Of a stretch of 64,000 nt of DNA, positions 21,044-31,846 are shown piece after piece; position 1 is the stretch's first letter; each line of letters begins with the position of its first letter. The notes under the pieces were generated by a model. It had not been told where the DNA came from. It worked only from the letters and a program-made list of their open reading frames with translations, and did no database searches. Position numbers and translations under genes: made by a program. The DNA comes from Bacilli bacterium. GTDB taxonomy: Bacteria > Bacillota_I > Bacilli_A > RF39 > UBA660. The DNA lies in NCBI GenBank assembly GCA_017406955.1, contig JAFQXM010000007.1, positions 13,743 to 77,742 on the forward strand, read 5' to 3'.

Positions 21044-22579
21044 TTATTTATTATCTTCAAAGAATTTATCTTTATCGATTCTTTTAAATAATATTTCAGG
21101 TTTTGATAGAGAAAACGCATCTGTTTCTACATATTTAATATCTTTAGTATCTATATTTAATTGCTTAATTATATTCTTAGATGTATCTGGCATAAATGGC
21201 TCTAAAAATAGAGCACAAACTCTAATAGATTCTAATAAGTTATAAATAACAGTTTCTAGTCTATCTTTTTTAGATTCATCTTTAGCAAGTACCCATGGCA
21301 TAGTCTCATCAATATATTTATTACTATTTCTTAATACATTAAATATTTCACTAATTGCATCACTTACTTGATATTTATCCATTTTAGCAGTTACTTTTTC
21401 ATCTAAGAAATTAATACTATCTATAAATTCTTTATCTATATCTTCGCTTGCATCTTTATAACTAACTTTTCCACCAAAATACTTATTAGCCATAGATATA
21501 GTCCTTTGTACTAAATTACCTAAGACATTAGCAAGATCACTATTAATTCGCTCTATTACTAATTCATAAGTAATATTTCCATCACTAGAAAATGGTATTT
21601 CGTGAAGTAAATAATATCTAACTGCATCTACTCCAAAAGATTCTACTAAATCATCTGCATAAATAACATTACCTACAGATTTACTCATTTTATCATTATT
21701 CATTAATAACCAAGGGTGTCCAAATATTTCTTTAGGTAATTCTAATCCTAATGACCATAAGAAACAAGGCCAATATATAGTATGAAAACGCAATATATCT
21801 TTCCCTATTAAATGAATATCTGCAGGCCAATATTTTTTAAACTCATCAGTCTGATTATCTACATCATATCCAATATTGGTAATATAATTAGATAAGGCAT
21901 CTAACCAAACATATACTACATGATTATCATCAAAATCAACTGGAATTCCCCATTTAAAAGATGTTCTAGATACACATAGATCTTGTAATCCTGGTTTTAT
22001 AAAATTATTTAACATCTCATTTTTACGAGCCTCTGGTCTGATAAAATCAGGATTATTTTCAATATAATCTTCTAATTTTTTTTGATATTTACTTAGTTTA
22101 AAGAAATATGCTTCTTCACTCTTTTCTTCGACTTCTCTACCACAATCGGGACATTTACCATCTACTAATTGACTATCAGTCCAAAAAGATTCACAAGGAG
22201 TACAATAAAGTCCTTTATATTCTCCTTTATAAATATCTCCATTATCATACATTTTCTTAAATATATGTTGTACTTTTTTCTCATGAAGAGGATCTGTTGT
22301 TCTAACAAATCTATCATAACTAGTGTTCATTAAATCCCAAATTCTTTTTATTTCTCCTGCAATATCATCAACAAACTCTTTAGGGCTAACTCCATTTTCT
22401 TTAGCTTTTAACTCTATTTTTTCTCCATGTTCATCAGTACCAGTTTGAAAATAAACATCATATCCTTTAAATCTTTTAAATCTAGCAATTGCATCACCCA
22501 AAACAATCTCATAAGTATTACCTATATGAGGTTTTCCAGAAGTATAAGCAATTGCTGTTGAAATATAAAATTTTTCCAT
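21044..22579 (-). CDS. metG: methionyl-tRNA synthetase (short form)
   Basis: HIGN motif, zinc knuckle CPDCG, KMSKS. Confidence 0.9.
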   Translation of the reverse strand: MEKFYISTAIAYTSGKPHIGNTYEIVLGDAIARFKRFKGYDVYFQTGTDEHGEKIELKAKENGVSPKEFVDDIAGEIKRIWDLMNTSYDRFVRTTDPLHEKKVQHIFKKMYDNGDIYKGEYKGLYCTPCESFWTDSQLVDGKCPDCGREVEEKSEEAYFFKLSKYQKKLEDYIENNPDFIRPEARKNEMLNNFIKPGLQDLCVSRTSFKWGIPVDFDDNHVVYVWLDALSNYITNIGYDVDNQTDEFKKYWPADIHLIGKDILRFHTIYWPCFLWSLGLELPKEIFGHPWLLMNNDKMSKSVGNVIYADDLVESFGVDAVRYYLLHEIPFSSDGNITYELVIERINSDLANVLGNLVQRTISMANKYFGGKVSYKDASEDIDKEFIDSINFLDEKVTAKMDKYQVSDAISEIFNVLRNSNKYIDETMPWVLAKDESKKDRLETVIYNLLESIRVCALFLEPFMPDTSKNIIKQLNIDTKDIKYVETDAFSLSKPEILFKRIDKDKFFEDNK

Positions 22580-22589
22580 ATTATCTCCC

Positions 22590-22860
22590 TCTTTCTAATG
22601 TATTAATTACATAAAAAAATTATTATAAACATAAGGACGAAATGTTCGCGGTACCACCTTATTTTATAATAATTTATATTATACACTTAAATAGTTAACG
22701 CCTATCTACGATTATACCTACATATCGATATAATAGTTCAGAAGCCATAGTTTATAAATTATTTATGTTCACTTTCACCTAGCAGAACTCTCTAAGATAA
22801 ATAGTTTTTATAAACCTCTTCATCAATACATTTCAAATATGCATTAGTATAACACAATTT
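22590..22860 (-). promoter_or_regulatory. T-box riboswitch leader (Met specifier) upstream of metG
   Basis: Minus-strand AAGGUGGUACCGCG matches the T-box consensus NGGGUGGNACCGCG. AGAGA motif and candidate AUG specifier lie upstream within a 284-nt leader. Confidence 0.6.
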
Positions 22861-22863
22861 ATT

Positions 22864-23394
22864 TTATTCTTCAATATGCTTTCCTAAAAATTGTGCAAAC
22901 ACAGATGCCATCTTTTCTTCTGTTTTTCCTATATCACTCTTTTCAGATAATACTAATACTAAACCTATGGCATCTCCATTCATTATTATTGGAGATATAA
23001 CATATGACGTATTTTCTTCCTCTAAATCTATCAACTCTATATTATGATTACTAGTCTCAATTATATTTTTTCTATCCCTCATAATTGTTTCTAAGTATTT
23101 AGAAATATTCTTATCTAAAAATTTCTTTCTTAAAGGTCCTGCCCCGGCAATAAACTTATCCCTATCTGTAATAAATATATTCTTTTCAATAGCACTATAC
23201 ATAATATCAACTATCTGCTTAGATATTTCTTCTATATCATTCATTTTAGAAAACTTCTTTAAAGCTATCATTTCTCTATCAACAAATATTTCTAATGATT
23301 CTCCATCTCTAATTCTTAGAGTTCTTCTAATTTCTTTTGGAATAACAATTCTTCCTAAATCATCTACTCTTCTAACTACACCAGTTGACTTCAT
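22864..23394 (-). CDS. spoVT: stage V sporulation protein T (AbrB-N plus GAF)
   Basis: MKSTGVVRRVDDLGRIVIPKEIRRTLRIRDGESLEIFVD is near-identical to the SpoVT N-terminus; about 177 aa. Confidence 0.8.
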   Translation of the reverse strand: MKSTGVVRRVDDLGRIVIPKEIRRTLRIRDGESLEIFVDREMIALKKFSKMNDIEEISKQIVDIMYSAIEKNIFITDRDKFIAGAGPLRKKFLDKNISKYLETIMRDRKNIIETSNHNIELIDLEEENTSYVISPIIMNGDAIGLVLVLSEKSDIGKTEEKMASVFAQFLGKHIEE

Positions 23395-23533
23395 ATAATT
23401 ATTCCTCACTTTCCCTATTTTTATTTTCCCATGTTTAATAAAATTTATACTTGTTTTCTTTATTTATATTATAATCAATATTTCCAAGATTTCCCTTGGT
23501 AAATATTTCCATATTACAAAATAAAAAAAACTC

Positions 23534-24214
23534 TTATCGCGCTTTTATACTTTTTTCTTGTTTTTTATCTAATAAATAAGAATTGTTTTTAGTAAAAATA
23601 TATCTTTCACCTTGTTCTTTAACACTATTTATTAACGTTGTATCCTTAACTAATATCTTTATATCTATATCCTCTAATAATTGTTTCTTATATGTTTTAT
23701 TTAAATATTTATCAATATCAATATTAATATTATTTATAATAGATTGATCTGTGTTTTTTGTGAATATGTTGTTTACATTGTTTACAATTTTTTTGTTAAT
23801 ACTATCCTCTATATTCTTCTTTAAAGTCTTTTTTTGTTCTTTGTTAAATTTTAAGAAATCTTTTTTACTGAATTTTATTATAGTTGTATTTGTTTTAGGT
23901 TTAAAACTATCTACCACGGATTTGAACTCCTCTACTCTATCTTTTTTCATAAGATTAATCTTAGACATTAATTCTTCTCTATAATCTTCCAGCAATTTAT
24001 CTAATTTTTCAGCATTTAAAACTATTTTATATCTTTTAGCTATAGATAAAAACTTAGTTTTAATTACATCCATAGAATTAAGTGGAGGCTTTTTTATAAG
24101 TGAACCAATATCTTCATCAACTAAAGTTTTAGAATTATTCTTTAGTACTTCTATAACTGCTTTCTTATAATTATCTAAATTTTGTTGTCTAAAATCTTGT
24201 ACTGCTTCACTCAT
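23534..24214 (-). CDS. hypothetical K/E-rich coiled-coil protein
   Basis: 226 aa, no TM or signal peptide, low complexity; sits between mfd and spoVT. Confidence 0.35.
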   Translation of the reverse strand: MSEAVQDFRQQNLDNYKKAVIEVLKNNSKTLVDEDIGSLIKKPPLNSMDVIKTKFLSIAKRYKIVLNAEKLDKLLEDYREELMSKINLMKKDRVEEFKSVVDSFKPKTNTTIIKFSKKDFLKFNKEQKKTLKKNIEDSINKKIVNNVNNIFTKNTDQSIINNINIDIDKYLNKTYKKQLLEDIDIKILVKDTTLINSVKEQGERYIFTKNNSYLLDKKQEKSIKAR

Positions 24215-24268
24215 TATTTTATCCTCCTAGCATAGTAAGTTTAGCAGTCCTGAAATATTTAGTCAATA

Positions 24269-27200
24269 CTATTTTAGAAAATTATTTAATATTTTATCAA
24301 GTAAGCTAACTAAGTAGTAAACTGGATGTTTTTCTAACTTAATAATATCTAAAACTATTACTAAATTAGACCCCCTACTTATAAATCTAAACATTGGAGA
24401 AATATTGAATGCTTCTACAAATATATCATCTACTTTTAACTTTTCAACTATATCTTTATCAAATATTAACTCAATAGAATTCTTAGTCTGTCTAACGTTC
24501 TTAATTTTTAATTTTTTAGCTAAGTTCTCAAACCATTCTTCATACATATAAATTATTACATCCTCACTTAACTTACCAAATCTGTCTTCTAATTCCTCTT
24601 TTACTAAGTTTAAGCTCTCTAAAGAATTAATTTCATTAATCTTCCTATGGATCTCTATTTTTAAATCATCTTCACTAACATAGTTATCATCTATATGAGT
24701 ATTAACATTTAATAATGGTTTATCTTCAGACTCTTCTTCATCTTCAGATAGATTACCTTTTTTACGTTCAATCTCATCATTTAGAAGTTTTAAATAAAGA
24801 TCTATTCCAACAGAATCTATAAAACCTGCTTGTTCACTACCAAGAATATCTCCTGCACCTCTTATAGATAAATCACGAGTGGCGATAGAAAATCCACTTC
24901 CTAAGGCAGTAAACTCTTTTATAACATTTAATCGTTTAACGGCAGTTTCAGTTAAAACTTTATTTTTATTATACATAAGGTAAGCATAAGCAAATTTATC
25001 ACTACGACCTACTCTTCCTCTAATTTGATATAGTTGACTAAGTCCAAATCTATCTGCATCTTTAATAATTAATGTATTAACATTAGGTATATCTATACCT
25101 GTTTCTATAATTGTACTACATACTAAAACATCATATTTATGATTAATAAAATCCATTATTCTAGTTTCTAAATCATTTTTATTAAGCCTACCATGAGCAC
25201 TAACTATTTTCGCATCTGGTACTAATCTTTTTAATTTAGATACTTCCTCTTCCATAGATTTAACTTTATTATAAAGTAAGAATACTTGTCCTTCTCTAGA
25301 TAATTCTTTATATATAGCGTCTTTAATTAATTGATTATTTTCTTCTATTACATAAGTTTGTACAGGATATCTATTAACAGGAGGCGTTTCTATTAAAGAC
25401 AGACTTCTAATACCTACTAATGACATTTGTAATGTTCTAGGTATTGGAGTAGCACTTAAAGTTAGGACATCTACATTAGTTTTAATCTGTTTAATTATTT
25501 CTTTATGTTTTACTCCAAATCTTTGTTCTTCATCTACTACTAATAATCCTAAATCTTTTGGTTTAACATCTGCACTTAATAATCTATGAGTACCAAAAAC
25601 AAAATCAATTGTCCCATCTTTTAATCCACTAATTACTCTTTTAACTTCTTTAGGAGAAGTAAATCTATTAAGTATTGCGATAGATACTGGAAAATCTTTA
25701 AATCTCTCTAAAGCATTTTTATAGTGTTGATCAGATAGAATTGTAGTTGGACATAAGAATAATACTTGTTTAGAGTCTAGAATTGCCTTAAAAGCTGCGA
25801 TAAAAGCTACTTCTGTTTTACCAAAACCAACATCTCCACATAATAATCTATCCATAGGAACAGATTTTTCCATATCTTCTTTTATTTGTTTAATTGCAAT
25901 TATTTGATCAGATGTTAAATCATATGGAAAACATTTTTCAAAATCTAATAACATATCATCATCTTTAGAAAAAGCAAATCCACTTCTAGATTCTCTTTCT
26001 GCATATAAGGCAATTAACTCATCTGCCATATCATTAACTCTTGCCTTTACCCTAGCTTTAGTTCTTTCCCATTCTTTTCCACCAAGTTTATTTATTCTAG
26101 GAACTACTCCTTCTTTACCAGAATACTTACTTAATAAATCAATCTTTTCTACTGGTATATAAAGTTTATCTTTTCCTGTATAAATAACTTCTATATAATC
26201 TTTTAAAAGGCCAGCTACTTCTAATGTTTTTATACCATTATATATACCAATACCATGTACATTATGAACTACATAGTCTCCTATTTCTAGTTTATTAATA
26301 TCACTTATATTAACTGCATATTTATATTTAGTATTATATTTCTTATGTTTTTCCTTAATATTAAATAATTCTCTACTAGATAAAAACACATAATCTAAAT
26401 ACATAAATCCTTGATTTATATCTTTTTCTATTATATTAACGCTATTTTTATATATTTTATCTGGAGTAGTTTCATATATTTTCATATTTAAAAACTTAAT
26501 CAAATTTCTAATTTGATGTTTCTTTAAACATATAATTACAGTTTTTTCATTACTTATAGCATCTCTAATATAATAATTAATATTATCAATATTCTCATTA
26601 AAACTATTAATAGTTTTAACATCATAATTAACTACATTCTTACTACCTATATTATTAATAGTCATATAGTTTATAAAGTGATCAACTTTAATCTCATTAA
26701 AATCAAACATATACTTACCAGTATAATCTAAATCTTTAGTATCTTGATATGTCATTATTTCATTTAATATATTAGTATAACTAACTTTTAATTGATCATA
26801 ATCTTTAAAGATAGTATAGTTATCACCTAAATAATCTAATATATTTACTACTTTTTCATATTTAGGTAAATATTTCTGTTTGCCAAAATAATTTTCTTCC
26901 ACAGTTTTTGTGGATAAAAATTCTGTAGCTGGTCTTATTTTAATATTTTTTATCTTTTTAGATGATTTTTGTTCTTTAGGATCAAAATATCTAATAGAAT
27001 CTATTTCATCTCCAAAGAATTCAATTCTTACAGGATTATCTTCTTCTAAAGGATATAAATCTATAACAAAACCTCTAACTGCAAACTCTCCTGTTTTTGT
27101 AACTAGTGTATCTTTTTTATAACCACTACTATAAAGTAGGTTAACTAACTTTTTAGGATCTATTTCATCTCCTACACTTAAATTAATTAAAAATTTATCA

Positions 27201-27568
27201 TAATTCTCTTTTTTAGGTAAATATCTTAAATATCCCATTAAGTTAGTAATTACAATATATTTATCATTATTATTTAATTTATTTAAAGTCTCTAACCTTG
27301 TCATTTCTAAATCAGGGGAAATAGCAAGTGCTTCACTAGTTAGAAAATCATCCATAGGAAAAAGTAATACTTTATTAGTATAGTTTTCAACTGAAGAATA
27401 TAATTTATTAGCTTCATATAAAGAATTAACTACTACTAAAATATTCTTTTTCTTCTTTAATAAATTATTTAAGTAGACAGCAAAAAACTCATCGGTAAGA
27501 CCAGCTATACCCATGTTCTTTTCTATTTTAATATCAATTAAATTGTCAAATATATTCATAAACATCAC
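24269..27568 (-). CDS. mfd: transcription-repair coupling factor Mfd
   Basis: 1099 aa; UvrB-homology N-terminus, RecG-like helicase motifs GDVGFGKTEVA and DEEQRFG, TRG/D7. Confidence 0.9.
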   Translation of the reverse strand: MMFMNIFDNLIDIKIEKNMGIAGLTDEFFAVYLNNLLKKKKNILVVVNSLYEANKLYSSVENYTNKVLLFPMDDFLTSEALAISPDLEMTRLETLNKLNNNDKYIVITNLMGYLRYLPKKENYDKFLINLSVGDEIDPKKLVNLLYSSGYKKDTLVTKTGEFAVRGFVIDLYPLEEDNPVRIEFFGDEIDSIRYFDPKEQKSSKKIKNIKIRPATEFLSTKTVEENYFGKQKYLPKYEKVVNILDYLGDNYTIFKDYDQLKVSYTNILNEIMTYQDTKDLDYTGKYMFDFNEIKVDHFINYMTINNIGSKNVVNYDVKTINSFNENIDNINYYIRDAISNEKTVIICLKKHQIRNLIKFLNMKIYETTPDKIYKNSVNIIEKDINQGFMYLDYVFLSSRELFNIKEKHKKYNTKYKYAVNISDINKLEIGDYVVHNVHGIGIYNGIKTLEVAGLLKDYIEVIYTGKDKLYIPVEKIDLLSKYSGKEGVVPRINKLGGKEWERTKARVKARVNDMADELIALYAERESRSGFAFSKDDDMLLDFEKCFPYDLTSDQIIAIKQIKEDMEKSVPMDRLLCGDVGFGKTEVAFIAAFKAILDSKQVLFLCPTTILSDQHYKNALERFKDFPVSIAILNRFTSPKEVKRVISGLKDGTIDFVFGTHRLLSADVKPKDLGLLVVDEEQRFGVKHKEIIKQIKTNVDVLTLSATPIPRTLQMSLVGIRSLSLIETPPVNRYPVQTYVIEENNQLIKDAIYKELSREGQVFLLYNKVKSMEEEVSKLKRLVPDAKIVSAHGRLNKNDLETRIMDFINHKYDVLVCSTIIETGIDIPNVNTLIIKDADRFGLSQLYQIRGRVGRSDKFAYAYLMYNKNKVLTETAVKRLNVIKEFTALGSGFSIATRDLSIRGAGDILGSEQAGFIDSVGIDLYLKLLNDEIERKKGNLSEDEEESEDKPLLNVNTHIDDNYVSEDDLKIEIHRKINEINSLESLNLVKEELEDRFGKLSEDVIIYMYEEWFENLAKKLKIKNVRQTKNSIELIFDKDIVEKLKVDDIFVEAFNISPMFRFISRGSNLVIVLDIIKLEKHPVYYLVSLLDKILNNFLK

Positions 27569-28134
27569 CTATTCTTACGATTATATTTATTCATAAGAGA
27601 AGGAAAATCTATATCAAAATAATCATCTATTACTATTTTTATTTCATCAAATAAATCATCTATTACTTTTCTATCTTCTTTAGATAATTTACCTAATACA
27701 TAATCTTTAGTATCAACATCTTTATTATTAGAAATACCTATTTTTAATCTTTTATAATCTTTAGTACCAATATTACTTTCAATATCTTTTAAACCATTAT
27801 GCCCACCACTAGTACCAGTATCTTTTAATTTATAATTACCAACATTTAAATCTAAGTCATCAGATATTACTAAAATATCATCAGTATCTATTTTAAAGAA
27901 ATCTATAAACTTTCTAACAACTCCACCACTTAAATTCATATAAGATTGAGGTTTTAGAAAAATTACTTTTTCTCCATTAATATTAGATTCTATATATAAA
28001 CCATTAAACTTTTCTTTCCATTTAGTATCTAAATTTTTATAATTTATATACTTATCTAATATATTAAAACCAACATTATGTCTTGTTTTTTCATATTCTT
28101 TTCCTGGATTACCAAGACCTACTATTAATTTCAT
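27565..28134 (-). CDS. pth: peptidyl-tRNA hydrolase
   Basis: MKLIVGLGNPG...TRHNVGF signature. Confidence 0.9.
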   Translation of the reverse strand: MKLIVGLGNPGKEYEKTRHNVGFNILDKYINYKNLDTKWKEKFNGLYIESNINGEKVIFLKPQSYMNLSGGVVRKFIDFFKIDTDDILVISDDLDLNVGNYKLKDTGTSGGHNGLKDIESNIGTKDYKRLKIGISNNKDVDTKDYVLGKLSKEDRKVIDDLFDEIKIVIDDYFDIDFPSLMNKYNRKNR

Positions 28135-28143
28135 AAGTACCTC

Positions 28144-28410
28144 CTATTTTTTAGAAAACTTATTAGTTATTATTTTTACCAACTTTTTAGGTTTACTTAA
28201 CATTCTGTCTTCCATATTTTGTATTTTTTCATCCAATGTAATATTAGAAATAGGAACTCCATCCATACGAGCTCTTTCATCTATTTTAAATTTTTTACCT
28301 CTTGTCTTTTCTATTAGATGATGTTGTTCTTTTGTATCCAACTTTATAAATTCATCATATGGCATACCAAAAGTTTCTTCTATATCCTTTTTAAAATAAT
28401 CTTCTGACAT
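28144..28410 (-). CDS. hypothetical 88-aa protein
   Basis: ORF only; occupies the position where abrB sits in Bacillus but lacks an AbrB swapped-hairpin motif. Confidence 0.3.
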   Translation of the reverse strand: MSEDYFKKDIEETFGMPYDEFIKLDTKEQHHLIEKTRGKKFKIDERARMDGVPISNITLDEKIQNMEDRMLSKPKKLVKIITNKFSKK

Positions 28411-28420
28411 ATGAACCCTC

Positions 28421-29248
28421 CTATTTATCTACATGATATTCTTTATAAACAATAGATTTAGCAACTTTCCTTTCTTTAGAAACTAGTTTAATAGCTTCTT
28501 TACTACTCATACCGTCTTCTACATAAAGATTAACATGTTCAACTATAGATAAATTACTATAATCCACTATTTCTTTATTACCTTCTACTACTAAAACTAT
28601 TTCCCCTTTAATATTATCACACTTTTTAATTAATTCACTAACTTTTCCCCTTATAATTTCTTCATACATCTTAGATATTTCTCTATGAACACTAATATTT
28701 CTATCTCCAAATATATCTAACATATTTTCTAAAGTCTTAACTATTCTATGAGGAGCTTCATAAAAAATTAGTGTATCTGGATAACTTTTTAATTTTTCTA
28801 ACTCTTTTTTTTGTTTAGAACCTTTAGAATTTAAAAATCCATAGAATAAAAATGGAGATGGTGAAATTCCAGAAGATATTAAAGCAGGAACAAAAGCTGT
28901 TGCGCCTGGTAAAGGTATAACATTTAAATTATTATCTATTACTTCTTTTACTATTACAAACCCTGGATCACTAATAATTGGAGTCCCCTGATCTGTAACT
29001 AAACCTAAGTTTTTACCTTCTTTTAACATATTAACAACTTTATCTTTAATTTGTTTTTCATTATATTCATGATAACTAATTAATTTTTTAGATATATCAT
29101 ACTTTTTTAACAACTTAGATGTTTCTCTAGTATCTTCACATAATATAGCATCTATCATCTTTAAAGTATTTAAAGATCTAATTGTTATATCATCTAAATT
29201 ACCTATTGGTGTAGGTATTAAATATAAATTATTAACTTCTTTCTTCAT
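28421..29248 (-). CDS. rsmI: 16S rRNA (cytidine1402-2'-O)-methyltransferase
   Basis: Tetrapyrrole-methylase fold motifs LYLIPTPIGN and CEDTR. Confidence 0.8.
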   Translation of the reverse strand: MKKEVNNLYLIPTPIGNLDDITIRSLNTLKMIDAILCEDTRETSKLLKKYDISKKLISYHEYNEKQIKDKVVNMLKEGKNLGLVTDQGTPIISDPGFVIVKEVIDNNLNVIPLPGATAFVPALISSGISPSPFLFYGFLNSKGSKQKKELEKLKSYPDTLIFYEAPHRIVKTLENMLDIFGDRNISVHREISKMYEEIIRGKVSELIKKCDNIKGEIVLVVEGNKEIVDYSNLSIVEHVNLYVEDGMSSKEAIKLVSKERKVAKSIVYKEYHVDK

Positions 29249-29250
29249 AT

Positions 29251-29970
29251 TTATTCCCCCTCTATTATTTTTAAATACTCTTCTGTCTCTACTCCTTCAT
29301 TAAACATAATTAAAGGTTTATCTATTTTTAATCCAACATTTCCGTTTTTAGTACCTTCTATTAAGAATAGCTTTGCAGAAGAATTTTTATCATTATGTAT
29401 AAATCTAACTCTTTTAGGTTCAATATTATACTTTTTATATAAATCAACTACTTCAACAAATCTTTCTACTCGATGTATTAAATATAATCTACCATTATTT
29501 TTAAGCATCTTTTTAGATAATTTTAATATTTCTTCTAAGTTTATTTTTATTTCATGTCTGGCAATAACCTCTTCCACAGATTCTTTAGTTTTAGAATTAT
29601 CTTTTTCCACAAAATATGGTGGATTGCAAGCTATTATATCATAATAATTATTTTTATCTACAGAAAATTTTTTAATATCTTGATTAATTATATCTATTTG
29701 GTTTTCTAATCTATTATATTTTACTGATTCAATAGCTAAATTTGATAGTTTCTTTTGTATTTCTACTCCTACTATTTTATTAGATGTTTTTAAAGATAAT
29801 ATTAAAGGTATTACTCCATTACCGGTACCAATATCTAAAATATTAGTATCCTTTTTCTTTATATCTATGAAATTAGCAAGTAATACACTATCAAGACAAA
29901 AAGAAAAACATTTATCGTCTTGATAAATTTTTCTGTGTTTATAACCTAATAAATCATTTAGTTTTTTCAT
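29251..29970 (-). CDS. SAM-dependent N6-adenine methyltransferase (YabB/TrmN6-like)
   Basis: DIGTGNGVIPL SAM motif and NPPY catalytic motif. Confidence 0.6.
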   Translation of the reverse strand: MKKLNDLLGYKHRKIYQDDKCFSFCLDSVLLANFIDIKKKDTNILDIGTGNGVIPLILSLKTSNKIVGVEIQKKLSNLAIESVKYNRLENQIDIINQDIKKFSVDKNNYYDIIACNPPYFVEKDNSKTKESVEEVIARHEIKINLEEILKLSKKMLKNNGRLYLIHRVERFVEVVDLYKKYNIEPKRVRFIHNDKNSSAKLFLIEGTKNGNVGLKIDKPLIMFNEGVETEEYLKIIEGE

Positions 29971-30757
29971 TTTTCTTTTTAGCAGAAAATTCTACTATTC
30001 CTTTTTCTTTCAAATCTACTTTATATGTTCCTTTAAAAACATTAATATCTACAACTTTACCCATACCCATTTCAGTATCAGCCATCATACCCATCTTAGG
30101 CATATCTTTCTTTAATTCAGTATAAGTATCATCTTCATAACCTAAACAACATAATAATCTTCCACATATTCCATTTATTTTAGTAGGATTTAGTGCAAGC
30201 ATTTGATTTTTAGCCATATTTATAGAAACACTATTAAAATCTGTTAAGAATGAATTACAACATAAGAACATTCCACAAGGTCCAAGTCCACCTACTCTTT
30301 TAGATTTATCACGAACACCTATTTGTCTAAGTTCTATTCTTGTTTTATATTTCCCTGCAAGTTTTTTAGCTAACTCTCTAAAATCTACTCTTGAGTCAGC
30401 TAAGAAAGAAAGTACTAATTGACTTTTATCAAATGTATAATAAGCATCAACAAAATTCATATTTAAATCTAACTTTTTACTAGTTTTCTTAGCATATTTT
30501 AAAGCAGGTTCTGCTTCTTTTTTGTTTTCTTCTACTTGTTTTAAATCTTCTTCTGTTGCGATTCTAACAACATTTTTTAATGGTAACACTAAGTTTTTCT
30601 TATTTTCTTTTTTGATATCTTGTTTAACTATACCAAATTGTAACCCATTTTCTGTATCAACAATTACGTTATCTCCTTTTTTAATATCTAAATTATTTGG
30701 AGAAAAATAATAAATGTTTTTTGTTTCTATAAAACTTACTGCGACTACATCATACAT
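29954..30757 (-). CDS. ricT: PSP1-domain protein RicT/YaaT
   Basis: MYDVVAVSF start like YaaT MYDVIGVRF; PSP1 C-terminal domain with Cys cluster. Track ORF extended 14 aa upstream. Confidence 0.75.
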   Translation of the reverse strand: MYDVVAVSFIETKNIYYFSPNNLDIKKGDNVIVDTENGLQFGIVKQDIKKENKKNLVLPLKNVVRIATEEDLKQVEENKKEAEPALKYAKKTSKKLDLNMNFVDAYYTFDKSQLVLSFLADSRVDFRELAKKLAGKYKTRIELRQIGVRDKSKRVGGLGPCGMFLCCNSFLTDFNSVSINMAKNQMLALNPTKINGICGRLLCCLGYEDDTYTELKKDMPKMGMMADTEMGMGKVVDINVFKGTYKVDLKEKGIVEFSAKKKNEKTK

Positions 30758-30759
30758 AC

Positions 30760-31608
30760 TTATACCTCCACTAATTCTGAAAATATTGCATCTAACCACA
30801 ATTTATAATTAACATTATAAACTAATTTAGGTAAATATTCTTCTATTATTGAAATTATCTTAATAATTTCTTTATCAGTTGTTTTTCCTAACATCTTTAT
30901 TATATCACTATTAAATACTTCTTTATTTAAAACTTTATAGTCTAAATAATTAACTAATAATTCTTCTATAGTATTAAACTTTTCACGAGCTTTTTCTTTA
31001 TCAATAATTTTTTCATATATAGATTTATAATTTATAAATAATTCTTCTTTTTTTAATATATTATCTAATAAATATAAAGTATCTTCATCTACTTCTATAT
31101 TAACATCATTACTCTTTAAAGATAATACCTGACATCTAGATATAATAGTATCTAATATTTTATATCTATTACTAGTAAGTAATATTGCGATTATTCCTTC
31201 TTCAGGTTCTTCTAAGAATTTTAATATCGTGTTAGCAGAAGCTGGATTTAGTTTTTCTGCTTCTTTTATTACATATATTTTTTTATTATCAAGTAATGAT
31301 TTATTTTGATAATCTTCTTTTAATTCTAATAATTGATTTTTCTTTATCCAAGCACCATCTGATTCTAATATAGTTAAATCAATATATTGATCATTATTTA
31401 TTTGATTACTAATAACTTCTTCTGATTTAGATAATTTATCTAAATTACTTTTATTAAGTAATATTTTTTTTATAAATTCTTTTATTATTTCTATATCTTC
31501 TTCATAATTATTAACTTCTATTAAATACGCATGAGAAATTTTATTTAATTCAATTATATTATTTGTTATATCATTAAATTTGTTATATTTACTATTTGAA
31601 TACTTCAT
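30760..31608 (-). CDS. holB: DNA polymerase III delta' subunit
   Basis: AAA-like clamp-loader fold in the conserved position downstream of dnaX-ybaB-recR-bofA. Confidence 0.6.
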   Translation of the reverse strand: MKYSNSKYNKFNDITNNIIELNKISHAYLIEVNNYEEDIEIIKEFIKKILLNKSNLDKLSKSEEVISNQINNDQYIDLTILESDGAWIKKNQLLELKEDYQNKSLLDNKKIYVIKEAEKLNPASANTILKFLEEPEEGIIAILLTSNRYKILDTIISRCQVLSLKSNDVNIEVDEDTLYLLDNILKKEELFINYKSIYEKIIDKEKAREKFNTIEELLVNYLDYKVLNKEVFNSDIIKMLGKTTDKEIIKIISIIEEYLPKLVYNVNYKLWLDAIFSELVEV

Positions 31609-31618
31609 ATAAAACCTC

Positions 31619-31807
31619 TCATAATATTATTATTTTAAATAGTACTAACGCAACTAATGCTGGCGCCCCTAAGAAAGTAACACTTCCTAAAGTTATAAAA
31701 TTAACTGGTACCATCATATTAAAATTAACGGCTATTAAATTATATCCATATAATATAAATGCCGCTAAAACTACGTTTCTTACTATTATTTTTATATTTT
31801 TCATCAT
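31619..31807 (-). CDS. bofA: pro-sigma-K processing inhibitor BofA
   Basis: MVPVNFITLGSVTFLGAPALVALVLFKII resembles the BofA C-terminus HVPINLVTTAISGILGIPGIAALVVIKQFI; position after recR. Confidence 0.6.
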   Translation of the reverse strand: MMKNIKIIVRNVVLAAFILYGYNLIAVNFNMMVPVNFITLGSVTFLGAPALVALVLFKIIIL

Positions 31808-31846
31808 TTATCTCCTTATAGAAAATAATATGATGTTTTTATTTTT

